Source: the human T2T-CHM13v2.0 reference genome, Homo sapiens
Assembly: GCF_009914755.1 (NCBI RefSeq)
Contig: NC_060926.1
Length of the DNA: 64,000 bases
Strand: one strand, 5' to 3'
Made by a program: the position numbers and the translations under genes
The notes under the pieces: model-generated
What the model was told of the DNA's origin: nothing
Database searches by the model: none
What the model saw: the letters and a program-made list of their open reading frames with translations, nothing else
Shown here: positions 12,983 to 30,676 of the stretch, piece by piece
Numbering within the stretch: the first letter of the stretch is position 1
Layout: each line of letters starts with the position of its first letter

Positions 12983-13999
12983 ATGGGGAAAAAACAGAGC
13001 AGAAAAACTGGAAACTCTAAAAAGCAGAGCACCTCTCCTCCTCCAAAGGAACACAGTTCCTCACCAGCAATGGAACAAAGTTGGATGGAGAATGACTTTG
13101 TGGAGCTGAGAGGAGAAAGCTTCAGACGATCAAATTACTCAGAGCTACGGGAGGACATTCAAACCAAAGGCAAAGAAGTTGAAAACTTTGAAAAAAATTT
13201 AGAAGAATGTATAACTAGAATAACCAATGCAGAGAAGCACTTAAAGGACCTGATGGAGCTGAAAACCAAGGCTCGAGAACTACATGAAGAATGCAGAAGC
13301 CTCAGGGGCTGATGCGATCAACTGGAAGAAAGGGTATCAGCAATGGAAGATGAAATGAATGAAATGAAGCGAGAAGGGAAGTTTAGAGACAAAAGAATAA
13401 AAAGAAATGAGCAAAGCCTCCAAGAAATATGGGACTATGTGAAAAGACCAAATCTACGTCTGATTGGTGTACCTGAAAGTGACAAGGAGAATGGAACCAA
13501 GTTGGAAAACACTCTGCAGGATATTATCCAGGAGAACTTCCCCAGTCTAGCAAGGCAGACCAACGTTCAGATTCAGGAAATACAGAGAACACCACAAAGA
13601 TACTCCTTGAGAAGAGCAACTCCAAGACACATAATTGTCAGATTCACCAAAGTTGAAACGAAGGAAAAAATGTTAAGGGCAGCCAGAGAGAAAGGTCGGG
13701 TTACCCTCAAAGGGAAGCCCATCAGACTAACGGCGGATCTCTCAGCAGAAACTCTACAAGCCAGAAGAGAGTGGGGGCCAATATTCAACATTCTTAAAGA
13801 AAAGAATTTTCAACCCAGAATTTCATATCCAGCCAAACTAGGCTTCATAAGTGAAGGAGAAATAAAATACTTTACAGACAAGCAAATGCTGAGAGATTTT
13901 GTCACCACCAGGCTTGCCCTAAAAGAGCTCCTGAAGGAAGTGCTAAACATGGAAAGGAACAACCGGTACCAGCTGCTGCAAAATCATGTCAAAATGTAA
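12983..13999 (+). pseudogene. L1 ORF1 of the youngest element, 338-codon frame with a single premature stop
   Basis: MGKKQSRKTGNSK...LLQNHVKM. ORF pieces 12983-13312 and 13343-13999 are in the same frame, with TGA at 13310-13312. Confidence 0.93.
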
Positions 14000-14062
14000 A
14001 GACCATCTAGACTAGGAAGAAACTGCATCAACTAACGAGCAAAATAACCAGCTAACATCATA

Positions 14063-17892
<3,830 letters not shown>

Positions 17893-20390
17893 ACAATGAG
17901 AACACATGGACACAGGAAGGGGAACATCACACTCTGGGGACTGTTGTGGGGTGTGGGGAGCGGGGAGGGATAGCATTGGGAGATATACCTAACGCTAGAT
18001 GATGAGTTAGTGGGTGCAGCGCACCAGCATGGCACATGTATTCATATGTAACTAACCTGCGCAATGTGCACATGTACCCTAAAACTTAAAGTATAATAAT
18101 AAAAAAAAGAAAAGAGAAAGAAACATAAACAAAAAAAAATTACAATTAAAATAAGTCCAGGAGCAGATGGAGTCATAGCAGAACTCTACCAGACATTCAA
18201 AGAAGAATTGGTACCAAACCTACTGACCGTATTCCACAAGATAAAGACTGAACCCTCCCTAAATCATCCTATGAAGCCAGTATCACCATAATACGAAAAC
18301 CAGGAAAGGACATAACAACAACAACAACAAAGAACTACAGACCAATGTCCCTGATGAACATAGATGATGAAATCCTTAACAAAATACTAGCTAACTGAAT
18401 CTAACAATGTATCAAAAAGATAATCTACCATGATCAAGTTGGTTTCATACCAGGGATGCAGGAATGGTTTAACATACGCAAATCAATAAATGTGATACAC
18501 CACATAAACAGAATTAAAAACGAAAATCACATGATCATCTGAATAGATGCAGAAAAAGGATTAGACAAAATCCAGCATTCCTTTATGGTTAAAACTCTCA
18601 GCAAAATCAACATTCAAGGACACACTTGAATGTAATAAACCCCATCTATAACAAACCAACAGCTAATATAATGCTGAATGGGGAAAAGTTGAAAGCATTT
18701 CCCCTGAGAACTAGAATAAGACAAGGATGCCCGCTCTCACCACTTCTGTTCAACATAGTACTGGAAGTCAGCCAGAGTAATCAGACAAGAGAAAGAAATA
18801 AAGGGCATCCAGATCGGCAAAAATAAGTCAAACTTTTGCTGTTTGCTGATGATATGATTGTTTACTTAGAAAACCCTAAAGACTCCTCCAAAAAGCTACA
18901 AGAACTGATAACTGAATTCATCAAACAAATTTGTACACAACTCAGTAGCTCTGCTATACACCAACAGCAACCAAGCTGAGAATCAAATTAACAGCTCAAC
19001 TCCCTTTTTACAATAGCTGCAAAAAATAAAATACCTAACAATATACATAACCAAGGAGGTGAGAGATCTGTACAGAAAAACTATGGAACACTGCTTAAAG
19101 AAATCGTAGATGACACAAACAGATGGAAACTTACCCCATGATGATGGATGGGTAGAATCAATATTGTGAAAATGACCATACTCACAAAAGCAATCTACAA
19201 ATTCAATGCAATCCCCATCAAAATACCACCATCATTCTTCACAGAATTAGAAAAAGCAATTCTAAAATTCATATGGAAGCAAAATTGAGCCTGCATAGCC
19301 AAAACAAGACTAAGCAAAAAGGATAAATCTGGAGGCATCCCATTATCTGCTTTTAAACTACCCTGTAAGGTCATAGTCACCAAAACAGCATGGTAGTGAT
19401 ATACAAATAGACACATAGACCAATGGAACAGAATAGAGAACCCAGAAGTAAACCCAAATACTCACAGCCAACTGATCTTCAACAAAGCAAACAAAAACAA
19501 AAAGTGCAGAAAGGATATTCTATTCAACAAATGATGCTGGGATAATTGGCTAGCCACATGTAGGAGAATAAAACTGGATCCTCATCTCTTATCTTATACA
19601 AAAATCAACTCAAGATGGATTAAGGACTTAAATCAGAGACCTGAAACTTTAAACGTTCTGTAAGATAACATTGGAAAAACCTTTCTAGACATTGTCTTAG
19701 GAAAGGATTTAATGGCCAAGAACCTAAAAGCAAATGCAATAAAAACAAAGATAAATAGCTAAAACTTAATTAAACTAAAGAGCTTTTGTGGGGCAAAAGT
19801 AACAGCAGAGTAAACAGACAACTTACAGAGTAGGAGAAAATCTTCACTATCTATACATCTGACAAAGGACAGTATCCAGGATCTAAAACAAACTCAAATC
19901 AGCAAGAATAAAACAATCCCATCTATAAGTGGGCTAAGGACATGAATAGACAACTCTCAAAAGAAGACATACAAATGGCCAACGAACATATGAAAAAATA
20001 CTCAACATCACTAATGATCAGGGAAATGCAAATCAGAACTACAAGTGATACTGCCTAACTCATGCAAGAATGGCCATAATCAAAAAATTAAAAAATAATA
20101 GATGTTGGCGTGGATGCAGTGAAAAGGGAACACTTCTACACTGCTGGTGGGAATGTAAACTAATACAACCACTATGGAAAACAGAGTGGAGATTCCTTAA
20201 AGAATTAAAAGTAGAAGTACCATATGATCCAACAATCCCACCACTGGGTATCTACCCAGAAGAAAAGAAGTCATTCTACGATAAAGATACTTACTTACAC
20301 ATGTATGTTTATAGCAGCACCATTTGCAATTGCAAAAACGTGGAACCAACCCAAATGCCTATCAATCAATGAGTGGACAAAGAACCTGTG

Positions 20391-20491
20391 AGATAGATAG
20401 ATAGATGTATATATATATATATATATATATATAAAATCAGATGTGTATATATCTATGTATCAGATGTGTATATATATATATCAGTAGCATC
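20391..20491. repeat. Compound (GATA)n/(TA)n microsatellite inside the host L1PB 3' region
   Basis: agatagatagatagatgtatatatatat..., bracketed by agaacctgtg at 20381-20390 and 20492-20501. Confidence 0.9.
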
Positions 20492-22503
20492 AGAACCTGT
20501 GGTATATATGATGGAATACCACTCAGCCATAAAAAGGAATGAATTAGTCCCATTCACAGTGACCTGGATGAGATTAGAGACTATTATTCTAAGTGAAGTA
20601 ACTCAGGAATGGAAAACCAAACGTCGTATGTTCTCACCCCTAAGTGGAGCTAAGCTATGAGGATGCAAAGGCATAAGAATTACACAATGGCCTTTGGGGA
20701 CTCAGGGGGAAAGGATTGGAAGGGGGTGAGGGGTAAAAAACTACAAATAGGGTGCAGTGTGTACTGCTTGGGTGACAGGTGCACCAAAATCTCACAAATC
20801 ACCACTAAAGAACTTACTCGTGTAACAAAACACCACCTGTTCCCCAATAACCTATGGAAATTAAAAAAAAAATAAAAAAATAGAATAGGGCTTCTAGTGC
20901 TACTTCCTAGATCCCAAGGAAACCCTTTTCATGCTTTGAAAACCTCGCAGTCATCTTTGGCTTTTATAGACATGGTACATATTGAGAGAAAGCACCCATA
21001 GAAATCAGTGAGCTCAGTATTTTCTATACATTACAAGGTAATAATTTGAGACTGTAGTTTGCCTTCATTCTTTAAAACATAAAGAGAAACTGGATGAAAA
21101 GGGAAACTTGCTCACAAGGCCTTAGAATACAGAGACAACTGTTTTGTTGTTTATGGTTCATAGTTTTTATATTTGTACATTAAAAATACTTCCATATTAA
21201 CATTGTTATTTATATGAGACTATGTATATAAGTTGGAGGTAATGACTTAGCATTTGAAATATATAATAAGGAATTCACACTGTAGAAGAAACGTAACTAC
21301 ATAAACACTTCAAAAAATTGTAACCAAAATCAATGCCAAGAGATCATAATCAAAATTTTGTTGGTAAAATAAATGGTGCTCAGGTTATATGGTTGGCTAC
21401 CACTCCTGCATGAACAAGGTATAAGTATCACACATGCTCTGTACCCCATTGAGACCTACCCTCAAATTCTACAATTCCTTTTGGCACTGCCTTTACATAT
21501 TTCGTGGAAAACTCTAGCATGCTCTCTATCAATATGGTTGACTTTTCCTGACATCAAAGTATCTTTGTTTCCACCTTCACGTGTAAGATTCAAAACATTA
21601 TATAATATCCCTTTTGCTAAAAGTCTCTTCTAGCATACTTCATACTGAAAGTTTTATGTTTCTGGGACTTGCTTTTTCACATTTTTGTTTCACTGCTAAC
21701 TATTGAGAATCTAGTAACTTTTCCTTAACATTTTATGTCCTCTTATTTGCTGGTGAAAGCAAATATCTCATAACGAAAAAGTAGTTGATATTTCTTTCTC
21801 CTTTATAACTAAAAATAAGCAGATCCCTTTTGGTACCACAAAATCAGTTTTCATAAAATAGTGAAGTGATGATGTCATGAATATATTAGTCTTACTCCCC
21901 CTATTCACTATGGAGACTGTGTAAACGTGATTCATAAACCCCCTTTTCTGGTTATCGTTAAAAATCATCTTTGGAAATATTTGTAAAAAAGAAGTCTGTG
22001 AAGACCAACCACCATTTACACATTTTGGACATTTTATTTGTAAAAAGTTGTCTGTGAGGAAACATGTGAAGATTCCAACATTGTTGCTATGTCCTGCAAA
22101 ATATAACCAATAACCTCAAAATGTCTGATTGGTACTTTAATAAATTATTGTTCTAAAATATTTAAATCACATATTTATATCCTGAAACATATAGATAACC
22201 ATGAAGTTCTTTTTTAAAGCAAAAAGAAGTTCTTTGTAATTTCTTTCTTTTCTATTTATTCAAGAAGATATAATAAATTCTACTCAAATTATTTATTTGA
22301 AGAGAGCTTGAGAATCTTTTTCTCATTTAACTAAATGAAGTAAACCTATTCAAAGACCTTGCTGCAGTATCTAAGTATAGAGAATGAAGATTTCCCTAAT
22401 CTTACAAAAATAAGTTTTATGACTATGTGTTTGGCAGAACTTAGTCTGAATTCTGTTTTTAATGACACATACTGTCTGACAGGATACAGGAGGGTCATGT
22501 GGC

Positions 22504-22632
22504 TAGGGTGATCTTGTATTTACCTGTGACAATTCTGGCTTATATTTTTGTTCCAGCATGATTATTAAAAGGACTCCCTTTCACTCCCAGAAATGTCTCC
22601 CTCTTCAGATCATAACTTATATGGTATATGTA
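22504..22632 (-). mobile_element. MER94-like hAT-Blackjack relic
   Basis: tagggtga terminus and attattaaaaggactccctttcactc core resemble MER94; highly diverged. Confidence 0.5.
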
Positions 22633-22939
22633 TAGTCCCTACAATTGCCACACTTATAATCTCCTGAGACTTCCCAATACTTAATGAACAATTGACAACT
22701 GTTGAATAGCGAAATTGATTTATATCTGTTCACAACAATAGTAGTCAGACCTTTGAGCAATATCAGAACAAAACAAGTTCATTCCTACATTTTAGTGTAG
22801 CTTTCAGTTCACCTTGAGCATCTTTGGGCAAGGGTCATACCTCAAGTTGAAAAAGTTTTGGTCTTTAATTTCTATTGGAAATAGTGTATTATCTTGTGAA
22901 GATTAATTCCTTAAGCATGACACAGTGTCTGTCTAATCT

Positions 22940-24100
22940 CACACTCTACACTATCTATAAAAGTAATTTTCCTAAAAGGAAAATCCTATGTCACTGCCTT
23001 GCTTAATAATTCCTCGTTGTTTCACCATCACCTTCAGAATTAAGTCTCAGCTGCTGCACATCAACATTTAAATCATTAAATCATTTAAATCTCTAAGCTT
23101 ATTTTTCCCTCTTGACTTTCATATTCAAATAGCCAAGTGTCTATTCAATATCCTATTTGGATTCATTCCACAGACACCTCATTTGCAGAATGTGGAAAAC
23201 TGATCTATCATCTTTTTCTGTAAACCTGTTCTTCCATCTGTGTTATTTTATGTTGGCACCACTATTCATTCATATTCAAATATCTGGTTGTTTTCCTTCA
23301 TTATTGTTTCCAAGGATAATCCTACTATAACAGCAAACTCCAAAGTGTATCATCACTCAGACATGAAAGAAAGAAGTTGGTTTCCTACTCAATACAAAGT
23401 CTTGAATGATGGTCTGGATAGTCAGAATTATCTATTCCAAGAGGGGATTAAGAAAAATCAGTCACTGTCCATCTCAGAGTTTCATTATCTTCAAATACCA
23501 AGGGAGAAAAATGTATGAAGGATCAGGAATGGGGGTAGTTTACAGGCCAGGCCCAGAAAAGATATATCACCTCCTCATGTTCTGTTTAGTAAGATGGCTC
23601 CACCAAAGCCATATAGTGCTGCTGAGTGCCCAGGAAGAAGAGAAAATAGATTTAATGAGGAGATGGATAATAGTTTTTGCCATATTTCTCCACGATCCTT
23701 AACTGCTCATTACAACTTTTCACTGACTTCATTTTATGTTCTAAATATTAGTTCTGGCTCTCTAGTCTTAACACTACTACCCATGATCATCTCTCTTCTG
23801 TACTGAAGCAATAGTCTTCTAAATCAACACTTCAATCTAGATTCTATTCTGACTGATCCTCTCCAGAAAGCTTTCCCTGAACCCTCTGACCCAGCTAAAT
23901 GTACCCCTTTCTCTCTCCAAAGCACCGTATGCATTTTAGTTTATTATGTTGCTTTTCTATTATTTATTACATCTTAATATATTTTATAATATTTAAAATA
24001 CTGCTTCTGTCCTCTTACTGAACTGTGAAATCTTCAAAGAGATGAATTTTTTTATTTCAGTTTTTTAATGCCTTATAGAATTTCTGCATTGATAATATAT
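22940..24100 (+). mobile_element. Fragmented L2 relics, possibly with an embedded old MaLR fragment
   Basis: L2-like motifs (cctatgtcactgccttgcttaa, ctccagaaagctttccctga, actgtgaaatcttcaaaga); boundaries are approximate. Confidence 0.4.
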
Positions 24101-24556
24101 AGAGCTAATTTTAATGGAGAAGAAATTGGTTTCTCTGCTGAGAATGTTATTCCTGTCGGGGTGCAAAAAGGAGTTTCCTAAAATAGGTGGTTTCTGGATG
24201 TTAACTCACATTCTGAGTAGACTCTTTAGTTCTTGTCTTTTGTCTCTTATCTCCAGTCTAACTGGTCTTATTCCTTTTTCAAGCACTTCCTAACTTTTTT
24301 CCTTTCCTATTAGCCGAGGAATCTTTTCTAGTCTCCAATAAAGGAACTTTATTTTTCTCATGATATTTTTGTCAATTGTCTTTGTTTGAGTTATTTCCAG
24401 GCCCTTAATCTTGAACTATATGATGTCTACCATTTAAAAAAAAAATTTCAGCATGAGTATATAGTCCTGAGGTATGTGTTATTTGCTTTAAGTTAGGTGC
24501 TAAGAACATTTAGTTGGGGTAATTAGAATATGCACTCTAGGGATAAACAACTAATC

Positions 24557-24853
24557 TTTTTTTTTTTTTTTTTTGAGACGGAGTCTCGCTCTGTCATCAG
24601 GCTGGAGTGCAGTGGCGCTATCTTGGCTGACTGCAACCTCTGCCTCCTGGATTCAAGCCATTCTCCTGCCTCAGTCTCCTGAGTAGCTGGGACTATAGGC
24701 ACATGTCACCATGCCCAGCTAATTTTTGTATTTTTAGTAGAGATGGGGTTTCACCATGTTGGCCAGGATGGTCTCGAGCTCTTGACCTCGTGATCTGCCC
24801 GCCTCAGCCTCCCAAAGTGCTGGGATTACAGGTGTGAGCCACTGCGCTCGGCC
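24557..24853 (-). mobile_element. AluSc-like SINE
   Basis: Full dimeric Alu with poly(T) and Sc-type states (gacctcgtgatc, ggccaggatggtctcg). TSD caactaatcttt at 24548-24559 and 24856-24867. Confidence 0.93.
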
Positions 24854-25806
24854 ATCAACTAATCTTTCATCAAACCCAGGGATGATATTTTAAGTACTTC
24901 AATGATCTTTATCTCCTATCAACAATAGAGGTACGGTAATTTCTAAACTGAAGGTTAGAAATAGATCCCCACTAGTAAAAGAAACAACTTATTAATTAGC
25001 ATAATGGAAATCAGAAATGAGCTTTTATTGGTGAAATTAGTGGGTCGGCTACAGTATTATATGGAAGATTCTTTCATTGAATAAGAAGACTATAAAAACT
25101 GTCATCTGTCCTGAAGCCTCAATAGTGCTTCTCTAGGATGAATGGTCCCATAATTGTGCTTCTAGCTGGGACGTTTCTTGATCCCCTTCTTACAGTTGAC
25201 TACACCTGAAGGTGGAATATGGTCACATTTGCTTCAGTAAATCACTCTTGTGAAGTATTTTGGGGATACACAGAGTGACAGGAAGCTGAAACATCAAGGT
25301 TCAATGTATGACTTGTGTGTTTGTGCCAGGTTACCAATAAATGTTGGCATATGTGACAGGACTTGACTGAGAATTTCTTTCTCTCTTTTTTTTTTTTTAA
25401 GAGGGAACAGCCAATTCTCTACTATCTCTAGTGGCAGCCCCCTGAATTTCAGGTGTGTATGTCCAAATTGGGGTAGACCAGTCCACTACACTAGACTTTT
25501 GAAATTCTAATCCAAAGAATCAATTCCCTTTATTCTTCTCTGTCAAGCGTTACTCAAGGCAATTAATGAGAGTTTCTAGACCCTTGAATGGCAAAGACCC
25601 AGAGAACATAGGGAAATATGCTAAATGCAAACTATTGCTTAATAATTTTAAAATATTACCCCAATATAAATATTTGCTGATTTAAATCTTATAAAGGCAA
25701 CCCTCTATATTATTTATTTCTCAGGTAAAAAATTTTTAAGTCTTTTTATAAGAATAAATTAAAAGATATCACCTTATTCCAATTCTCAATCTCCCAAATA
25801 TATATA

Positions 25807-26104
25807 TTTTTTTCTTTTTGAGAGAGGGTCTTTCTCTGTTACCCAAGCTGGAGTGCAGCAGTACAATCACAGCTCACTGCAGCCTTGACTTCTTTCCCAG
25901 GCTGAAGCCATCCTGCCACCTCAGACTGCCAAGTAACTGGGTATACAGGCACATACCACCATGCCTGGGTAAATTTTTATTTTTTGTAGAGATGGGGTCT
26001 TGTCATGTTGCCCAGGCTGGTCTTGAACTCCTGGGCTCAAGTGTTCTTCCCACTTTAGCCTCCCAAAGTGTTAAGATTACAAGCATGAGACACTGCACCA
26101 GCCT
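25807..26104 (-). mobile_element. AluJ SINE
   Basis: Diverged dimeric Alu with J-type gaactcctgggctcaag and cacagctcactgcagcc. Confidence 0.9.
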
Positions 26105-26828
26105 CAAATTCTTACACTTAATGCTCAGATGTTTAAACCCCTCTAAGCAGTACCTGTAAAATCAGGAAATATTATTTCTGAGGGACTCATTAATTTACAT
26201 CCTCAACATTCTGAGAAACATGTGTCTGTTCTCAGACCAATGGCTCAGGTTATGCATTGCAAGCAGTATATTAATTGTTGCTTCATAATTGGCCTCTTTT
26301 ACACATTCACATTGTCTACTTGGCCCTTATACACATTGAATTAGAATACTTGCTCTGGAAGTTACTAGGCTATTTTAAAATATTGTAATAATTTACTTGT
26401 AAATTGTTATTTGTCTTTAAAATAACTATGCACTAAATTTAGGGTGAGGATGAGATTAGAAAACCACTGCTTTTAGGTACGTCTATATCTATTGTGGGAT
26501 ATTTAAAAAATATCCTACTCAGAACTAAGGGAATTCTCACACACTGAACTTCCCAACTGGGAATCCCATACACCCTCCCATGCAGCACAATCTTTTTTGT
26601 TTTTTTGTTTTTAATTTTTTTCCTCATCATAGTTTTATCCTGTATACAATATTCTTGTGTGTAGTATTGGCAATTCTTCCTAATTTAAAAGAAGGTCATG
26701 GTTTGTGTTATTCCCTTTAAAACAATGTACAAACTGAGCAACCTCCTGCTGCTGTTGGCATCGATTTAGATTTTTCTTGCTTATTTCCGCTTCATCTGCC
26801 CACAATGCACGAGGGATGAGAAAAGATT

Positions 26829-26910
26829 CAATTTCCTCATCTGTAAAATGAGGGTGATCGTATTAGATGATCTCTAAGGTCCCTTCAACCTCTAAAATTT
26901 TATGACTCTA
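26829..26910 (+). mobile_element. MIR/MIR3 fragment
   Basis: Core tttcctcatctgtaaaatg plus tagatgatctctaaggtcccttc tail. Confidence 0.8.
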
Positions 26911-27129
26911 ATAATGTAAGTTTAAACCCCATTAGTAAGAGTAATGGCTTTTCTTAGCCTAATCTGTGGCACAGTTTTCTTAAATGGCCCACTTTGCCTC
27001 AAAACATTCCAAGAAACTGCTTTTTTTTTCTTTCCCAAATTTACTTATAGCATGTTACTCTAACTTTCCAATGCTGAAATTTCATTGTTCTTTAAAATAT
27101 GGAAAATGTTATTTATATGTGTAGCTGAC

Positions 27130-27232
27130 TTTCCCTCCTAGAGAGGGGCATCATTTTCAGCTCACCTTTTGTCCATGTAGTGTATTGTCTTTTCCGTTGT
27201 AAATGTTTAACAAAGTCTGTTGAATGAATGAA
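27130..27232 (+). mobile_element. L2 3' end
   Basis: Ends in tgttgaatgaatgaa, the L2 terminal repeat. Confidence 0.55.
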
Positions 27233-27247
27233 CACATAACTTTTGTA

Positions 27248-27581
27248 CAGTCACACCTACGTAACATTTAAGTCAATGATGGACCCTATATATGTCAGCG
27301 GCCTCATAAGATTATGACCCAATATTTTTATTGTACCTTTTCTATGTTTAGATACATAAATACTTACTACTGTTTTAAAATTGCCTACAGTATTCAGTAC
27401 AGTAACATGCTGTACAGGTTTGTAGCCTAGGAGCAATAGGCTATACTATACAGGCTAAATGTGTAGTAGGCTATATCATTTGTGTTTGTATAAATACATT
27501 TTTTGATGTTTACACAACCACAAAATCAGCTAAAGATGCTTATTTCAGAACGTATTCCTGTCACTACATGACATATGACTG
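27248..27581 (+). mobile_element. Tigger3a (MER7A)-like non-autonomous Tc1/mariner-pogo element
   Basis: TA|cagtca...tgactg|TA termini with TA TSD, 334 bp, internal cagtattcagtacagtaacatgctgtacaggtttgtagcctaggagcaatagg. Confidence 0.85.
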
Positions 27582-27629
27582 TATCTCACATTATAATTTA
27601 TAAAGTACTCTCATTGTCCATTATCTATA

Positions 27630-27843
27630 TCACAGAATTATGAAATGTTAAATTTGAAGGGATATTAGAGATATCGCTAATCTAGTGGTTGCCAGTTGGG
27701 GTGATTTTATCCCCCAGTGGCATTTGACAAAGTCTGGATACATTTTTAAATTGTCCTAACTTAGGAGTGGGTGCTGCTAGCATCTAGTGGGTGGAGGCTA
27801 AATATCCTATGCAATTCACAGCATAGTCCCTACAACAAAGAAG
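27630..27843. mobile_element. MIR3-like fragment (minus) followed by MER20 hAT-Charlie fragment (~27683-27843)
   Basis: ggggtgattttatccccc...ctgctagcatctagtgggtggaggc...cctacaacaaagaa matches recalled MER20. Confidence 0.7.
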
Positions 27844-29339
27844 ACTTCTGTGCTCACTCGGATGGAGAAGGCTTGGGAAGAAGCCATATAGCAATCTTCC
27901 CAGAGAACAGCAGCAGCTGGTAGTTGAAGAACAATGGAAAGTGACCATCACCCAGTGAGTTATTTAATGGCTACTTCTATATAGCAGGCAATATGTGCTA
28001 AAACCAAGCCTGCCTACTCAGTTTTCCCAGGACTATATAGATCCTGAAGTTCTCGAATACCCCCAATAATGAGTAACAGTGAACTTTCACTAACATTAGT
28101 AAGTGATAATCAGGATCTTTAGAAAAAGTAAAATAATGTGACATTCTTCTCCTGCTATCATGAATCACTTTGGACCTAATGTATTCCCAAATACAGAGCT
28201 GATATGACATTGACTAACACTTTTCAAAATTTTCAGTTTTCTCAATTATAAAATATCTCCGCATCCTTTGCAAGATTTGCTGAGAATCAGTTTACTGGAC
28301 AAAAGCACACCTCCACTGGGATGTCTCAGCAGAGACCTGGTAGACCACAACCTGTAACTACTGTTCCATTCCTGGTGTCAAGGCAACATCTTGTATGGGG
28401 ATATTCACCTTCAGTAACATAGGTTTTACTCCTTCCTCATTTTAGCCATTCCTGTCTTAAGCCTCTTGGATAAAAGCTTTGGGGAAAACATCTGCTATGT
28501 CTCTCATAGGTACAAGAGAAACCCATTGTTCCATGACATATCCCTAGATAACTTCTTGGGGTAAACAATAGAGAAAGTTTAAGTTAAATATTTTGTTGCG
28601 AGCCAAAAAAAAAAAAAAAACAAAATATATGTAGCCATGTTTGCTAGATTGTTGGATTTATCTTTTAATAAATCATGGAAGAAATAGGTTGAAAAGAAAA
28701 TCTTGTCAATTCAGGTGTTTTCCTTGCCATTATGTTGCTTTACATGACCTATAAGCTTAAAATTGTAAACTTTTAAGTGACATACAGCCTGGTGGCATTA
28801 TCCTTTCCTTACATAAGTAAGAAAAATGCTATTCACATGTGTAGATATGTGCTCTGAGACTGCCAAAGAAAGCTCTACTGCTTCTCATACCACCTAATGA
28901 CAGGAAAGGAAATACCACCTGAAGAGTGGTAAAGTATATGAAAAATATAAAGAAAAGTTTTGGTGTAGGTAGATAGTAACTCCATGTCATAGATAGGTTG
29001 ATTCCATGTCTTTGCTATTGTGAATAGTACTACGGTACTAGAGTATCATTCAGAGTTTGCAGTTCACACAATGCCATAAAGTCATTAAAGTTTTTCTAAC
29101 TTTTAGCAATCACAGTTTTACCTAGCAGTTACCTCAACATCAATGCTAAAGGAAAGCTCAGACATGCATACATTCATGATTCAAGTAAGGTCTTTTAATA
29201 AAAACTGTTGATTTATTACTCAGCTTTTGTCTCCTTGCTCACTCTCACCTTCTACCTAGCCTTTACTTTTTTTTTAAGTCAATCTATCCTTATCAGCTCA
29301 GTCCAAGTCTCCACTAAGGGAAACCCCATTTTCTTTGCC

Positions 29340-29760
29340 ATAATTCAGGAAGCCAAGCTCATGCCTATCTGAACATAAAATTTTCCTGGCCACCAGATGT
29401 TTAGGAATGGGCACATGCTTCTGCATGAGTCAGTAAACTTCAAGGGAATGTTTACTGGAGGATTCTGCCAGTGACGATCCCTCACCATTAGGAGAGAATT
29501 ACGGGAACGAATGGGTTCTCTCTATCTGTGTATTGTTGCATATAGCTATCAGGCTCAGATCTGCAAGCCCTCTTACCACTGGTTGAAAAACAGAGGCAAT
29601 AGGCCAAGTAGAGCAAATCAAGACACTACAGAGAAATAAAATCAGAACACTTATTCAATCTCATCTGATTCCAACCCCATCCCTGAATTTTTTTCAACTA
29701 TATAAACCTGTAATTTCCCTTTATTTTTAAACTTAGTTTGAGTTGGGTTTCTAACTATTT
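29340..29760 (+). mobile_element. Ancient ERVL/MaLR-type LTR relic (LTR16/MLT1-like)
   Basis: 3' end tttaaacttagtttgagttgggtttct is typical of these families; very diverged. Confidence 0.4.
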
Positions 29761-29984
29761 AAAACTGACATTCAAAGTGAAATGTGAGAACATTTAATTT
29801 TTCAATATATTTCCCAACAGTAGTTGAAATAATTTTTTCATTGGTTAGCAGATATATTTTCTGAGACAAATATAACAAGGTTTGTACCTGAGGGAAGCAT
29901 TGCTGCATGTCAAATCGAAAAAGGCTGGACTTAGGAGCCCACACTGAGGATAGACGCTCTAGCTCTAGAAATTAGGCAGGGAGC

Positions 29985-30097
29985 AGGCACGCCAACTCTA
30001 GATGCACACGGTGCTATGCTTTAGAAGAACCCGTGCTTAGTTTAATGTCTTGCTGTCATCATCCTGAAATTGTTGCCAATTATGTAGTCAACCCTGA
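29985..30097 (+). mobile_element. MER45-like hAT relic with internal deletion
   Basis: agaagaacccgtgcttagtttaatgtcttgctgtcatcatcctgaaatt and terminal aattatgtagtcaaccctg. Confidence 0.5.
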
Positions 30098-30676
30098 AAT
30101 GGGAGGTAAATTCTGTTTTTCTGAGTGAAGCACATAGATAAGTCTTGAAAATAAGTGGAAACAGGAAGATCTCTGTTTTAAAAGGAGGTGAGCCTAGTTG
30201 AGCATGGCAGGTGAATACATCCCTAGAATCACAGCTTGAGGACAGGTGGAAGTTGGCTGATTTAATTGCAGAACTGTCATAGAATCCTTTACATTCTTAC
30301 CCTTCAGAGACCATACTGGGCTCAGTGACTGAGATTATTGAAAATTAAGAGTTTTCCGTGAAAGCTAGGGGATTCCAAGAAGAAAGAGTCAGGTAAGTTA
30401 TCAAAGAATCATTAGAATATGTCATTTGACATATTCCATACTGCAGTATGGGTGAAAAACCTGAAAACTAAATCTGTTCCTTAGATTAATATTACCTTGT
30501 CAAAGACTCAATTTTTCTAATTAGGTGCTTATATACCTTTTCTTTTTTTAACATGTTTGTATACCCATAGCTTTAAATGGATAACTTTATTTTTAAAGAC
30601 TTTAGTAGCAAGATTCTTAAAGAGTACACTATTAAGGTTTTTATCCACACTAAAAAAAGTTTTCTTAATGGGTGTG

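Noticed and set aside
27848-27961. Purine-rich, exon-like stretch ending in cagtgagt
   Set aside because: No clear acceptor, stops in the obvious frames and no recognisable protein; it would need RNA evidence.
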